A stretch of DNA of 16,727 nucleotides, taken from NCBI GenBank assembly GCA_040752415.1, contig JBFMGU010000231.1:1-16727 (forward strand), in the 5' to 3' direction. This document shows, in pieces, positions 7,468-16,686 of this stretch. A model generated the notes under the pieces. It did not search any database. It was not told the origin of the DNA and worked only from the letters and a program-made list of their open reading frames with translations. Position 1 is the stretch's first letter. Each line of letters begins with the position of its first letter. The position numbers and the translations under genes are program-made. Origin of the DNA: Myxococcota bacterium (GTDB lineage Bacteria; Myxococcota; JACRCW01).

Positions 7468-8091
7468 TCAGCGACGGGCGCGCTGCTGCAGCCGCTCGAA
7501 GTACGCGCGGGCGGCCTCTGCCTGGTCGTCCATCAGCGCGAAGGTGCTCAGCTCGTCGAGGTCCAGGTCGGGGAGGACCTTGCTTTGCGCCAGCGGTTGG
7601 TACTGGCCTTCCACGAGCTCGAAGAGGTGGAGGCGCTGACTCTTCCAGATCCACACCTCGGGGACGCCCAGGCCGCGGTACACCTCCAGCTTGCTGATCC
7701 CGCCGCTGGAGAGCGCGACCTCCAGGGCGATGTCCGGCGTGTCCTTGACGTCGCCAACGCAGTAGCACTCGTCGGGCTCCAGCGCGCGTTCCATCTGCTC
7801 GTTCTGATACGTGGTCGAGCCGAAGCCGTGCAGGCGGACACCGCTGACCAGCCCGTAGATCTCCAGCAAGCGCGCGATGATCTTCTTGTAGCCTTCATGG
7901 GCGCGGGACGGGCTCATGAGCTCCAGCGTTCCCTCGAGAAAGGTGAGACGGAAGCCGGGCCGCTCGTCGAACATCTTGCGCAGGGCGGCGTACTGCTCCC
8001 AGGTCACGTTGAACATGATGAACCGCTGCCCGTCGGCGTCCTGGACGGGAACGGGGGCTGGCGACGAGGGCAGCTTCTCCGCGGCAACCAT
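7468..8091 (-). CDS. Uma2-family (DUF820) putative restriction endonuclease-fold protein
   Basis: VTWEQY, LELMSPSRAHE, GSTT, EPDECY, PDIALEV and YRGLGVPEVWIW motifs. Confidence 0.93.
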   Translation of the reverse strand: MVAAEKLPSSPAPVPVQDADGQRFIMFNVTWEQYAALRKMFDERPGFRLTFLEGTLELMSPSRAHEGYKKIIARLLEIYGLVSGVRLHGFGSTTYQNEQMERALEPDECYCVGDVKDTPDIALEVALSSGGISKLEVYRGLGVPEVWIWKSQRLHLFELVEGQYQPLAQSKVLPDLDLDELSTFALMDDQAEAARAYFERLQQRARR

Positions 8092-8099
8092 GACTGGGG

Positions 8100-8128
8100 A
8101 GTCTAGAGAACCGGAGACAGGCCCTCAA
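8100..8128 (-). promoter_or_regulatory. sigma70-type promoter of the Uma2 gene (near-leaderless)
   Basis: Minus strand TTGAGG-17 bp-TAGACT, 8 nt before the ATG; no SD. Confidence 0.5.
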
Positions 8129-8133
8129 GGCAC

Positions 8134-9993
8134 CTACTTGTTGAGCACTCCGGCCACGATCAGCAGCGCCACGAGGATGCCCATCAAGCTCTCTCCCGCG
8201 ATGATGCCCGAGCTGACCGGCACCACCACGCGCTCCACGTTCTGCGGGTTCTTCCGTCGAACGATCTCCGCGATCAGCGCGCCGAGGAACATTGCCAGCG
8301 CGTTGTAGAACGGCATCACCGCCGCAATGCCCAGCCCCGACGGCGCGGGGACGAACTTCCGCAGCGCCTTGGGACCGTGCTTCTCCAGCAGCACCAGCAC
8401 CACGCCCAACAGCAGCCCGATCATGCCCGCGGTGCGCGCCATGGGATGCAGCGCGTCGACGCCGGAGACGAGGATCTTGGACACGCTGGCCCACACCTGC
8501 ACACTGGGCGCGGGGAACTTCTCGCCGCCAAGGGCTTCCGCGTTGGGGACCAGCACGTTGAAGACGGGAATCACCACCAACGCGCCCGCCACGCAACCAA
8601 AGAGCTGCGCGTAGAGTTGCTGGCGTGGGTTGGCCCCGACGAGATAACCGCTCTTGAGATCCGTGAGCAGGTCCGCGGAGTGCAGCCCCACGCCACCCGT
8701 CACATTCGCGCTCATGATGTTGGCGGTGAGGTTGTTGGGCAGCAGGCCGCCGTAGACGAACTGCGTGAGGGGCCCCAGGGCCTTGGTGGGAGTGACGTCG
8801 GTCTCACCGGTGACGCGCGCGGCCACCATGCCCATCAGCACGCTGAGCGGAATGGCCACCAGGCCCGCCCACCACGGGATGCCGAACATGAACCACATCA
8901 GCGCGACGATGATGGGGCTCAGCACCGCGAAGCTCACCGGGAACCACCACTGCGGGCACTCGATCTCCGCCAGCGGGTCGCTCTCGTCGGTGCGGGCGGG
9001 CTTGAACAGGCGCACCAGCTCCACCACGGAGCGGGCAATGCTGCGCCACTCATACGCAAAGGACATCAACCCCGACGACACCAGCAGCGCCGCACCCGGC
9101 CACAACGTTGCCTGCACGATGATCTTGTAGCTCACCGAGGGGATGACGCCCGCGTCCAGGAACATGGGACCAAGCCAGAGATAGGTGAGCACGCCACCCA
9201 ACAGCAGCGACCAACCCGTGCGCCAGCTCATCAGCGCGCCGGCGGAAATCAGGATGAGGCTGGCCTCCATGCTCAGCGTCCACGCCTCGGCGGGCTTGCC
9301 CCGCAGCGTGCCCGGGAAGGGGAAGCCGTGCGGCAGGTTGAAGGGCATCCAGCTGGCCTTGGCGTCGCGGAACCAGGCCACCAGGGCGCCAACCACCGAC
9401 GCGTAGCCCAGCATGCGCGCCTTGTCGGCGGCCTCACCGTGGCTGTGCAGGGAGCGCAGCGTCTCCGCGGTGGCGGTGCCGGTGGGGAACGGGAGCTGCT
9501 CGATGTTGATGAGCTGGCGCTTGATGGGGATGGCGGCAAACACACCCATCACGGCAATCACCGCGCACCACATGATGAGCTGCCAGGTGGGCGGGAGCGC
9601 GCCGGTGAGCACCAACAGCGCGGGGATGGCCGCCATGTTGCCACCGCCCGTCATGTACCCCGCCGCCGACGCCACCGAGCCCATGGCGTTGTTCTCCAGC
9701 AACGAGAACTCCGTGCGCACCAGCCGCAGCGCGGAGAGCATTCGGAAGATGGCAAAGGCGAGGATGCACGCGGTGATGGTGACGCCCAGGCTCCAGCCCG
9801 TCTTGAGCACCACGTACAGGTTGCTCAGGCACATGATGGCGCCCAGCAACATGCCCATGACGACGGCACGCGGGGTGAGCTGCTTGGCGCCGCGCTGGTA
9901 CACCTCGCGCAGCCACTTGAGCTCGGGGTTCTCGGGACGCTCCGCGGGGGGAACCGCGGCGGGCGTGCTGGGGGTGGACTCGGCGGCGCTCAT
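8134..9993 (-). CDS. OPT/YSL-family oligopeptide or metal-chelate transporter
   Basis: QLTPRAVV, NLYVVLKTG, ENN, LPFPTGTATAE, GETD, DLKSGYLVGANPRQQ and SGIIAGESL motifs, with many TM helices. The ORF extends to 10017. Confidence 0.93.
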   Translation of the reverse strand: MSAAESTPSTPAAVPPAERPENPELKWLREVYQRGAKQLTPRAVVMGMLLGAIMCLSNLYVVLKTGWSLGVTITACILAFAIFRMLSALRLVRTEFSLLENNAMGSVASAAGYMTGGGNMAAIPALLVLTGALPPTWQLIMWCAVIAVMGVFAAIPIKRQLINIEQLPFPTGTATAETLRSLHSHGEAADKARMLGYASVVGALVAWFRDAKASWMPFNLPHGFPFPGTLRGKPAEAWTLSMEASLILISAGALMSWRTGWSLLLGGVLTYLWLGPMFLDAGVIPSVSYKIIVQATLWPGAALLVSSGLMSFAYEWRSIARSVVELVRLFKPARTDESDPLAEIECPQWWFPVSFAVLSPIIVALMWFMFGIPWWAGLVAIPLSVLMGMVAARVTGETDVTPTKALGPLTQFVYGGLLPNNLTANIMSANVTGGVGLHSADLLTDLKSGYLVGANPRQQLYAQLFGCVAGALVVIPVFNVLVPNAEALGGEKFPAPSVQVWASVSKILVSGVDALHPMARTAGMIGLLLGVVLVLLEKHGPKALRKFVPAPSGLGIAAVMPFYNALAMFLGALIAEIVRRKNPQNVERVVVPVSSGIIAGESLMGILVALLIVAGVLNK

Positions 9994-10186
9994 GGGGCGG
10001 CTCCCTATCCCAGCCATCCCACGCCCGCCACCCTCCTCCTGACGTCACCTGTGCCCTGTGCCAACGAGCCACCGGGTCCAAGGTGCGGGCCAAGGACAAG
10101 GTCGTGCGGGACCCACGCAATCAATTCACCCGGTGACGTCATCCAAGCGGCGTGACGTTCCGCCCCCGCGGGTGTTGAATGCGCCC

Positions 10187-11440
10187 ATGAGTTCCTCGGA
10201 CCGGCCCTTCGCCATGTTCGGTCATCGTCGACCGTTGCTCTCGCCCTCGTTGCAGGACCCGCGCTTCATCCGCGGTGACCGCTACGCGATCTACCAGCGC
10301 ATGCGCGCGCAGAGCCCCGTGTACTGGGACCGCGCGCTCACCTGCTGGGTGGTCACCGGCTACGCCGAGGCCATGGCCGCGCTGAAGGAGCCACGCCTTG
10401 CCGCGGACCGGATGGCCTCCGTCTACGACGTCATCCCGATCGAGGAGCGCGCCCGCTTTGCTCCGCTGATTGAGTCCGTGAGCCGCTTCCTCCTCTTCCG
10501 CGACGCGCCCCAGCACACGCGCATCCGCGCGCTGGTGCACAAGGCGTTCACGCCCCGTCGGGTGGAGGGGATGCGGGCGCACATGCAGGAGGTGGTGGAC
10601 CGCCTCATTGACGACGTGGCGCCGCGTGGCGAGATGGACGCCATGGCGGACTTTGCCTACCGCCTCCCCACCACCGTGATTGCCGAGATGCTGGGAATTC
10701 CGTCGGAGGACCACGAGCTGTTCCGGCACTGGACGGAGGGCCTGGCCGTCTTCCTGGGAGACATGATCCACAGTGCGCAGGCGCTGGAGACGGGCCTGGA
10801 GAGCATCCAGGGCATGACCGACTACTTCCGTCAGGCGCTCAGGCGCGTGCGTGCCCATCCCGGCCCGGACCTGCTGACCGCGCTGGCGCAGGCCGAGGAA
10901 CAGGGCGACGTGCTCACCGAGGACGAGCTGCTCAGCACCGCCATCCTGTTGCTGGCCGCGGGACATGAGACCACCGCCACCTCGGTGGGGACCGGACTCT
11001 GGCTCCTGCTCACGCACCCGGACCAGCGCGCGCTCGTCGACGAGGATCCCGAGCGAATGACCGCCGCCGTCGAGGAGATTGTGCGCTACGAGAGCCCCAT
11101 CCAGCTCACCGGTCGAGAAGCACGTGAGGCGCTCACGTTGGGCGGCGCAAACATCCTGCCCGGTCAGCTCGTCGTCATCTCGCTGGGCGGCGCCAACCGC
11201 GACCCCGCACAGTTCCCCGAGCCCGACACGTTCGACATCACGCGCCCCGAGAACAAGCACCTGGCCTTCAGCCACGGCCCGCACTACTGCGTGGGCGCCA
11301 TGCTGGCGCGCGCGGAGACGCAGGTGGCGCTCACCACGCTGCTGAAGCGCTTCCCGGACATCGCCCTCGTCGACGAACAGGCCGACTGGAAACCCAACCA
11401 GGTCTTCCGCGGGCTCAACACGCTGCGCGTCACGCTCTGA
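10187..11440 (+). CDS. Cytochrome P450
   Basis: I-helix AAGHETT, EIVR (ExxR), and heme motif FSHGPHYCVG. Confidence 0.96.
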   Translation: MSSSDRPFAMFGHRRPLLSPSLQDPRFIRGDRYAIYQRMRAQSPVYWDRALTCWVVTGYAEAMAALKEPRLAADRMASVYDVIPIEERARFAPLIESVSRFLLFRDAPQHTRIRALVHKAFTPRRVEGMRAHMQEVVDRLIDDVAPRGEMDAMADFAYRLPTTVIAEMLGIPSEDHELFRHWTEGLAVFLGDMIHSAQALETGLESIQGMTDYFRQALRRVRAHPGPDLLTALAQAEEQGDVLTEDELLSTAILLLAAGHETTATSVGTGLWLLLTHPDQRALVDEDPERMTAAVEEIVRYESPIQLTGREAREALTLGGANILPGQLVVISLGGANRDPAQFPEPDTFDITRPENKHLAFSHGPHYCVGAMLARAETQVALTTLLKRFPDIALVDEQADWKPNQVFRGLNTLRVTL

Positions 11441-12035
11441 CCGGGGTGTACGGCGGACCGGGCAGCACCACGAACGCCGCGCCCGCTCCCGAGGGATGCT
11501 CCGTCTCACCCCGTTCCAACCTCGCCCGTCGCTGCGCCCAGGCCTCCGGGTCCAGCACGTAGACGGCGTGGGGAACTCCGTCGGAGTCCGGTCTGATCTC
11601 GCGCTGCCGGTAACCAATCCTCCGCACCACCGCCAGGCTGGCCGCGTTCTCCGGCTTCACCGTGGCACCGCAGCGGGGCGCGCCCAGGTGGTCGAACATG
11701 TAGTGGCTCATGGCGTCTATGGCGTGCATCATGCTGAACGCGTCACGGTGTCTGACGTCGGGAATGGCCGCCAGGATCTCCCAGAAATCCTTGCCCTCAT
11801 GGGGGCACAGCATGAGCACGAAACCCATGCGCGCGCCGTCGACCACGCGCCGCATCATGCCGACGATCACCGCGCCAATGCGATGACCGCCGCAGATGTC
11901 CGCCGGCGTGAGGTCGTCACCCCAGGCAAAGTTCTCCGCGATCTCCGGGTGTGAGAGCTGGCGCGTGACCCAGATGACATCCATCCCGCGAGGGGGCTCC
12001 AGGTAGATGCTCCGCCGTTGGATGGCCAGCTTCAT
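11430..12035 (-). CDS. GNAT (RimJ/RimL-like) acetyltransferase-fold protein
   Basis: C-terminal YMFDHLG...ATVKPENAASLAVVRRIGY motif; the N-terminal half is divergent. Confidence 0.7.
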   Translation of the reverse strand: MKLAIQRRSIYLEPPRGMDVIWVTRQLSHPEIAENFAWGDDLTPADICGGHRIGAVIVGMMRRVVDGARMGFVLMLCPHEGKDFWEILAAIPDVRHRDAFSMMHAIDAMSHYMFDHLGAPRCGATVKPENAASLAVVRRIGYRQREIRPDSDGVPHAVYVLDPEAWAQRRARLERGETEHPSGAGAAFVVLPGPPYTPVRA

Positions 12036-12276
12036 GGGTCGAACCTATGCCACGTCCCCGTTGCGGCCAACGCGGACAACACGGCTTGAACGGATGCGCG
12101 GACGCGCGGGCAACTCCGCATGCTCCGACGAGGACACGCCTGCATGACGTGTTGAGGGGGGTTATCTCCTTTCGGTCGTTGACTTCCCGCCTGGTGTCCA
12201 TCCGCCGCGAGCGTTCCTCGCCGTTGCACGACGCCAGCCCCCATCCCAACCACGGCAGACTGTGAAGGAGGATGAC

Positions 12277-12888
12277 ATGAAGGCCACGGAGTTCCTGAAG
12301 GAAGACCACGCCACCATCCGCGACCTCATCAAGGAGTACCGCGAAGCCGAAGGCCAGGACATCAGCGGCAAGCGGGCGTCGTTCGAGAAGATCCGGCAGG
12401 AGCTGGAGGTCCACGCACAGATCGAGGAGAAGCTGTTCTACCCCACGGTCAAGGCGTGCAGCGACGAGTGCTTCAACCTCGTCGAGGACAACGTGGACGA
12501 GCACAAGATGATGGAGGACCTGCTGGGCGAGCTGACCGAGCCGCAGAGCGATGACGAGTTCATCAGCAAGATGGGCGAGCTGCTCAGCTGCGTGGATGAC
12601 CACTTCCAGAAAGAGGAGAATGAGCTGTTCCCCAAGGTTGAGCAGGCCATCGACGCCGAGCGGCACGAGGAGCTGGGCAACCAGCTTGAAGCCCTGAAGG
12701 CCGACTACGTCTACGAGGGCGTGCCCATTGGCGTGTACGCCAAGGCCGCGGCCGAGGAGACCCGCGTCACCGTGGAGGCCGACATTGGTGAGCCCAGCAT
12801 GGCCACCGACGTGGGCACCAGCGAAGCGGGCAGCCCCGCCTATCCGCAGAGCACCGCCCCGGAAGAGGGCACCAGCCGCAACATCTGA
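12277..12888 (+). CDS. Hemerythrin/HHE cation-binding domain protein with acidic C-terminal tail
   Basis: LKEDH, HAQIEEKLFYP, DEH and HFQKEENELFP motifs. AAGGAGG RBS at 12265-12271. Confidence 0.92.
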   Translation: MKATEFLKEDHATIRDLIKEYREAEGQDISGKRASFEKIRQELEVHAQIEEKLFYPTVKACSDECFNLVEDNVDEHKMMEDLLGELTEPQSDDEFISKMGELLSCVDDHFQKEENELFPKVEQAIDAERHEELGNQLEALKADYVYEGVPIGVYAKAAAEETRVTVEADIGEPSMATDVGTSEAGSPAYPQSTAPEEGTSRNI

Positions 12889-12909
12889 CCCATCCCCGTC
12901 AGACACCAA

Positions 12910-12942
12910 GGCCCCTCACCACCGTCGTCGTGATGAGGGGCC
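12910..12942. terminator. Hairpin between convergent genes (probable terminator)
   Basis: Perfect 9-bp inverted repeat GGCCCCTCA / TGAGGGGCC with further inner pairing; no U-tract. Confidence 0.55.
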
Positions 12943-12968
12943 CTGGCATTCCACCCGTCGGGGAGGAT

Positions 12969-14891
12969 TCAGAGCGTGCGCAGATACGCTGCCAGCGCGG
13001 TCATGTCCTCGGCCGAGAGGTGCGAGCCGCGGCCCATCAGGTCCGTCTTCACCAGCTTCTCCAGCACGTCCTCGACGGTGGGCGCCGTGCCGTCGTGCAG
13101 GTACGGGCTGCTGAGGTGCAGGCCGTGCAGCACCGGGGTCTGGAACGCGCCGCCGGTTCCCACGTCGTGGTTCAGGTTGTCGGTGCGGTGGTTGCCGGCG
13201 TGGCAGGATGCGCAGCCCACACGCTCATCAAAGAACAGCTCCTCGCCGCGCAGCTGCAGCGCCCGCTGCGTGTCGTCGTCACGGTTCACGTTGTCCGGCG
13301 TGGGGACGGTGTCAATGAACGCCGCCAGCTGGTCCAGCCCGTCCTCCGGCAGGCCATGGCCACCCATGAACTCGGTGATGGTGCGCTGCAGCTCACGGTG
13401 GCTCTGCAGCTCGCCGCCCCAGTGCAGCGGCGCGGTGGTGGTGGCAATGCCGCCCGCCAGGCTCATGGTGTTGCGCGGCCCGTCGATGAAGTTCCAGGTC
13501 TTGCGGTCGGCGCGCCCGTCGGGGTGGCAGGTGGCGCAGGTGACGCCGGGGCCCGTGGTCATGCTGTTGTTGGTGGCATCAAAGAAGAGCTTGCGACCGG
13601 CGAGCACGTCGGCCGGCAGGTCCAGCGCGGCCACGGGCATGCGACGCGCAGGCTGCTCCTGCTCGACGGGCGCCTTGGGATGGCTCGCCTCCTGGAGACC
13701 GCCGGCCAGGGAGCTCTTCTGCTGCTTCTCCTCGAACAGCGGCACCTCCACCACGTCCACCGTCTGGTCAAACGCGCTGTGCACGTAGAGCGCGCGACCA
13801 TCGGGGCTGGCGGCCAGGCCGTCGGCGCCGCTGCCCACCTTCACCGCCTTGACCAGCTCGGTGCGCCGTCCGTCGGAGTCCCGACGCCAGATGAGCAGGT
13901 TGTTGCTCCCGCGCGCCAGCACCGCGAAGCCCCGGCCACCGTCGAGGTACGCCACCGCGGTGGGCTCGTTGACCTGGTGGCTCTCGGTCTGGCCGTTCTC
14001 CCGACGGAGCAGCGCGCTGCGCCCCACCTCCGCCGGGTCCACCTGCCCGCAGTTCTCGAAGCAGACGTTGGGAATGTCCGCCGTCACGGTGTCCGCCGTG
14101 GTGACCTCCAGGTCGGTGTCCACCGTGGTCACCGCGGGCGTGACCGCGGGGAGCTGCTCCGGCGTGCCCAGGTAGCCGCCGCCACCGCCACCCTCGACGG
14201 GACGGTCCGCGTTCACCTGCTCGTTGTTCAGCTCCACGTTGGAGGTGGCCACCTCTTTGCCGTCGTGGCGCACCGCCAGGGACTGCACCAGGTTGGGCGT
14301 GAGGTGTGGCATGGAGCGCAGGCGCAGACTGAGCTCGCGCACCTCACCACCCTGCACCACGGAGAGCTTGTCGGTGGTGAGGTGGCTCACGAAGATGCGC
14401 CCGTCGGGCAGCACCGCCACCGCGCGCGGCTCCTGGTGCGCCAGCGCCACGCGCTGGACCACCTGGCCCGCGTCCACGTCGACCAGCGCCAGCGCCTGCT
14501 CCCCGCCCAGGCTCACCGCCGCGCGCCGGTCATCCACCCACGCCACCCCCACCGGCTCCACACCAACCTTGAACGTCCGCACCACGTTCTCGTCGCGGGT
14601 GCTCAGCAGCGTGACGGAGCGCGCACCGCGGTTGGTGACCAGCACCCTCTCGCCGCGAATGGCCAGCTGCGCGGGGCGCTGCCCCACCGGCACGGAGCGC
14701 ACGTTGCCGCCGTCGGCGTCCATGAACACCACCGCGTCGTGGTCCGCGTCCACCGCCACAATGCGACCCGAGGCCGCGGTGACGATGGTGCTGCTCTGCG
14801 GCGTGGCGGCGGGCTCATGCGCGCGCGGCGGCGGTTCACAGGCGAGGACGGCGGCAAGGAGGGCAAGGGCACCAAGGCGTGAGGCTTTCAT
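12969..14891 (-). CDS. Lipoprotein: YVTN-like beta-propeller fused to a di-heme cytochrome c peroxidase (bCcP/MauG-like) domain
   Basis: MKASRLGALALLAAVLAC lipobox; propeller repeats (VPVGQRP, FKVGVEP, VKVGSGA); heme motifs CATCH and CASCH; GRKLFFD, GPRNT, HWGG, FQTPVL and PYLHDG. Confidence 0.9.
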   Translation of the reverse strand: MKASRLGALALLAAVLACEPPPRAHEPAATPQSSTIVTAASGRIVAVDADHDAVVFMDADGGNVRSVPVGQRPAQLAIRGERVLVTNRGARSVTLLSTRDENVVRTFKVGVEPVGVAWVDDRRAAVSLGGEQALALVDVDAGQVVQRVALAHQEPRAVAVLPDGRIFVSHLTTDKLSVVQGGEVRELSLRLRSMPHLTPNLVQSLAVRHDGKEVATSNVELNNEQVNADRPVEGGGGGGYLGTPEQLPAVTPAVTTVDTDLEVTTADTVTADIPNVCFENCGQVDPAEVGRSALLRRENGQTESHQVNEPTAVAYLDGGRGFAVLARGSNNLLIWRRDSDGRRTELVKAVKVGSGADGLAASPDGRALYVHSAFDQTVDVVEVPLFEEKQQKSSLAGGLQEASHPKAPVEQEQPARRMPVAALDLPADVLAGRKLFFDATNNSMTTGPGVTCATCHPDGRADRKTWNFIDGPRNTMSLAGGIATTTAPLHWGGELQSHRELQRTITEFMGGHGLPEDGLDQLAAFIDTVPTPDNVNRDDDTQRALQLRGEELFFDERVGCASCHAGNHRTDNLNHDVGTGGAFQTPVLHGLHLSSPYLHDGTAPTVEDVLEKLVKTDLMGRGSHLSAEDMTALAAYLRTL

Positions 14892-14933
14892 GGCTCTCTC
14901 CGATTTCCGGGGTGGGCAGACACCGCTTGCTTG

Positions 14934-14949
14934 AGCAACGCCGGTGCCA
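14934..14949 (-). promoter_or_regulatory. sigma54 promoter of the di-heme lipoprotein gene
   Basis: Minus strand TGGCACCGGCGTTGCT, essentially consensus, about 40 bp upstream of the ATG. Confidence 0.85.
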
Positions 14950-15156
14950 AGCCCGCATCCCGTGCCGCCCTCCGGCGAAAAAACTGCGATTCCGCGCACT
15001 TGGGCGCACTTCCCGCGTCCATCGTCGTGCGTGGGGACGGCGGAGGAGGTGACAACCTCGGTTTTCCACTGCGGTGCGCGCGCATCACCCCGCTGCCCGG
15101 GCGCGGTCCGCGTGGCGGGCTTGACGGGTGCCGGGCAAACGTTCATCTCAGCGGCC

Positions 15157-16005
15157 ATGGCCGGAAGCTGTGAGAAGACGCCCAGGCTGGAGCTGATTCG
15201 TGGCGGGACGCGGCTGCACCAGGTGCACGTGCAGCGCGTGCGTCGCGACGGCAGCGCGGTGGACCCGCCGGAGCTGGACCCGCGCGACATCCCGCCCGCG
15301 CTGATGCAGGACGCGCGCAACGGGTGGCAGCGGCTGCTGGAGAGTGAGTACGAGTCGGTGGTGGTCAGCGGGTGGATGACCAGCGCGCTGGCGCGGCTGG
15401 GCGTGCCGTTGGACATCCTGGGCGCGTTTGGTCGCGTGGTGGAGGATGAGATCCGTCACGTAGACGTGTGCGCGGACGTGCTGCAGCGGCTGGGCGTCAA
15501 CGCGGTGATTCCCAAGGACGCCACGCCGCCGGTGTTCGCCTGGAAGGACGACGCCGACGCCGACGAGCAGGTCATTGCCGGCCTGGTGAGCTTCTTCTGC
15601 GTGGGTGAGCTGATGAGCGCCATGGAGTTCCGCAACGCGCTGCAGATGGCGCGGCTGCCGCTGGCGCAGTGGGCCATTGGTGAGATCCACCGCGACGAGG
15701 CCTTCCACGGCGCCTTCGGCTTCGAGGCCGCCAAGCTGTTCGTGCCGCACTGGAAGCCGGAGGCCAAGGCGCGCCTGGTGAAGCGGCTGCAGGATGAGCT
15801 GGCGCGTTTCGAGCGTCGGATTGGCGGGCCGCTCAACGAGGACCCGCGCGAGCTCACCGGCAAGGAGAAGGACCTGGCGGAGCTGGGCCTGCCACCGCCC
15901 CCGGTGATGCTGGGCGTGTTCTACGGCGCGGTGGAGTCCCAGCTCTTGCCGCGCCTGGCCGACCTGGGCCTGGAGATGAACATCGGCGTGGGCAGCGTGC
16001 GCTGA
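15157..16005 (+). CDS. Ferritin-like diiron-carboxylate protein
   Basis: Ligand pattern E(SEYES)...DEIRH...GE...DEAFH. Confidence 0.82.
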   Translation: MAGSCEKTPRLELIRGGTRLHQVHVQRVRRDGSAVDPPELDPRDIPPALMQDARNGWQRLLESEYESVVVSGWMTSALARLGVPLDILGAFGRVVEDEIRHVDVCADVLQRLGVNAVIPKDATPPVFAWKDDADADEQVIAGLVSFFCVGELMSAMEFRNALQMARLPLAQWAIGEIHRDEAFHGAFGFEAAKLFVPHWKPEAKARLVKRLQDELARFERRIGGPLNEDPRELTGKEKDLAELGLPPPPVMLGVFYGAVESQLLPRLADLGLEMNIGVGSVR

Positions 16006-16089
16006 GCACCGTCCGCGTCCCGGTCCACGTGGTCATTGCAGGCTGGGCGTGCGGCGTTAGCTCTCTCCGACGAGGACGGAGGAGCCGCC

Positions 16090-16686
16090 ATGCAGAACTG
16101 GGATCCGCGCTACTGGCAGGAGCTGGTGGAATCCGACGAGCCCGCCTGGGACCCGTGCGCGCAGGTCCGCCACGGGCTGCATGATGAACTGGCCATCCAC
16201 CCCGTGCACCACCTGGAGCATGACGAGGTGCGCGCCGAGCACTTCTACAGCTGGCCCGCGCCCGAGGGGAACTGGGGCGTGATGAACCGCGCCGAGCTGC
16301 ACGCGTGGGGTCGGATTGGCACGGGCGGACTGCACCTCGGTCGTCAGGAGGAGATTACCCGCGGTGAGCTTCCGCTGTGGCAGCTGGGGCCGGAGTCGCG
16401 TCGGGACGTCCCGGTGGACACCCGGCCCACCCCGCCCGGACCGCGCGGCTACCGTCGCTCCGACGAGGCCATCCACGACGAGGTCCACGCCCTCCTCACC
16501 GACCACGACGCGGTTGACGCCAGCGACATCGTGGTCACCGTCATGCACGCGGAGGTGACGCTGGAGGGCAGCGTGCCCACCCGTCGGATGAAGCGCCTGG
16601 CGGAGGACGTGTGCCTCTCCGTGCGCGGCGTCCACGACGTCCACAACCGGCTGCGCGTGGCCGGCGGGCTCATGCTTGAGCGGTGA
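16090..16686 (+). CDS. BON domain protein
   Basis: GPRGYRRSDEAI...VDASDIVVTV...VTLEGSV...GVHDVHNRLRV. GGAGGAG RBS before ATG 16090. Confidence 0.9.
   Translation: MQNWDPRYWQELVESDEPAWDPCAQVRHGLHDELAIHPVHHLEHDEVRAEHFYSWPAPEGNWGVMNRAELHAWGRIGTGGLHLGRQEEITRGELPLWQLGPESRRDVPVDTRPTPPGPRGYRRSDEAIHDEVHALLTDHDAVDASDIVVTVMHAEVTLEGSVPTRRMKRLAEDVCLSVRGVHDVHNRLRVAGGLMLER

Noticed and set aside
7468..8091. Uma2 as part of an anti-phage defence system
   Set aside because: Solitary gene from a family that is commonly multicopy; no methylase or other defence genes nearby.
10048..10063. TGGCACA upstream of the OPT gene as a sigma54 promoter
   Set aside because: No GC/TTGC at the -12 position.
4030..14882. 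Long opposite-strand ORFs (4030-5784, 5310-7697, 8377-10155, 10139-11617, 11917-12909, 12930-14882)
   Set aside because: Shadow ORFs of well-supported genes in GC-rich DNA, with no recognisable motifs.
14892..15416. 5' extensions of the di-heme ORF (to 15416) and of the ferritin-like ORF (from 14944)
   Set aside because: They would overlap each other and the sigma54 promoter. The lipoprotein signal begins at 14891, and ATG 15157 is the more plausible start of the ferritin-like gene.
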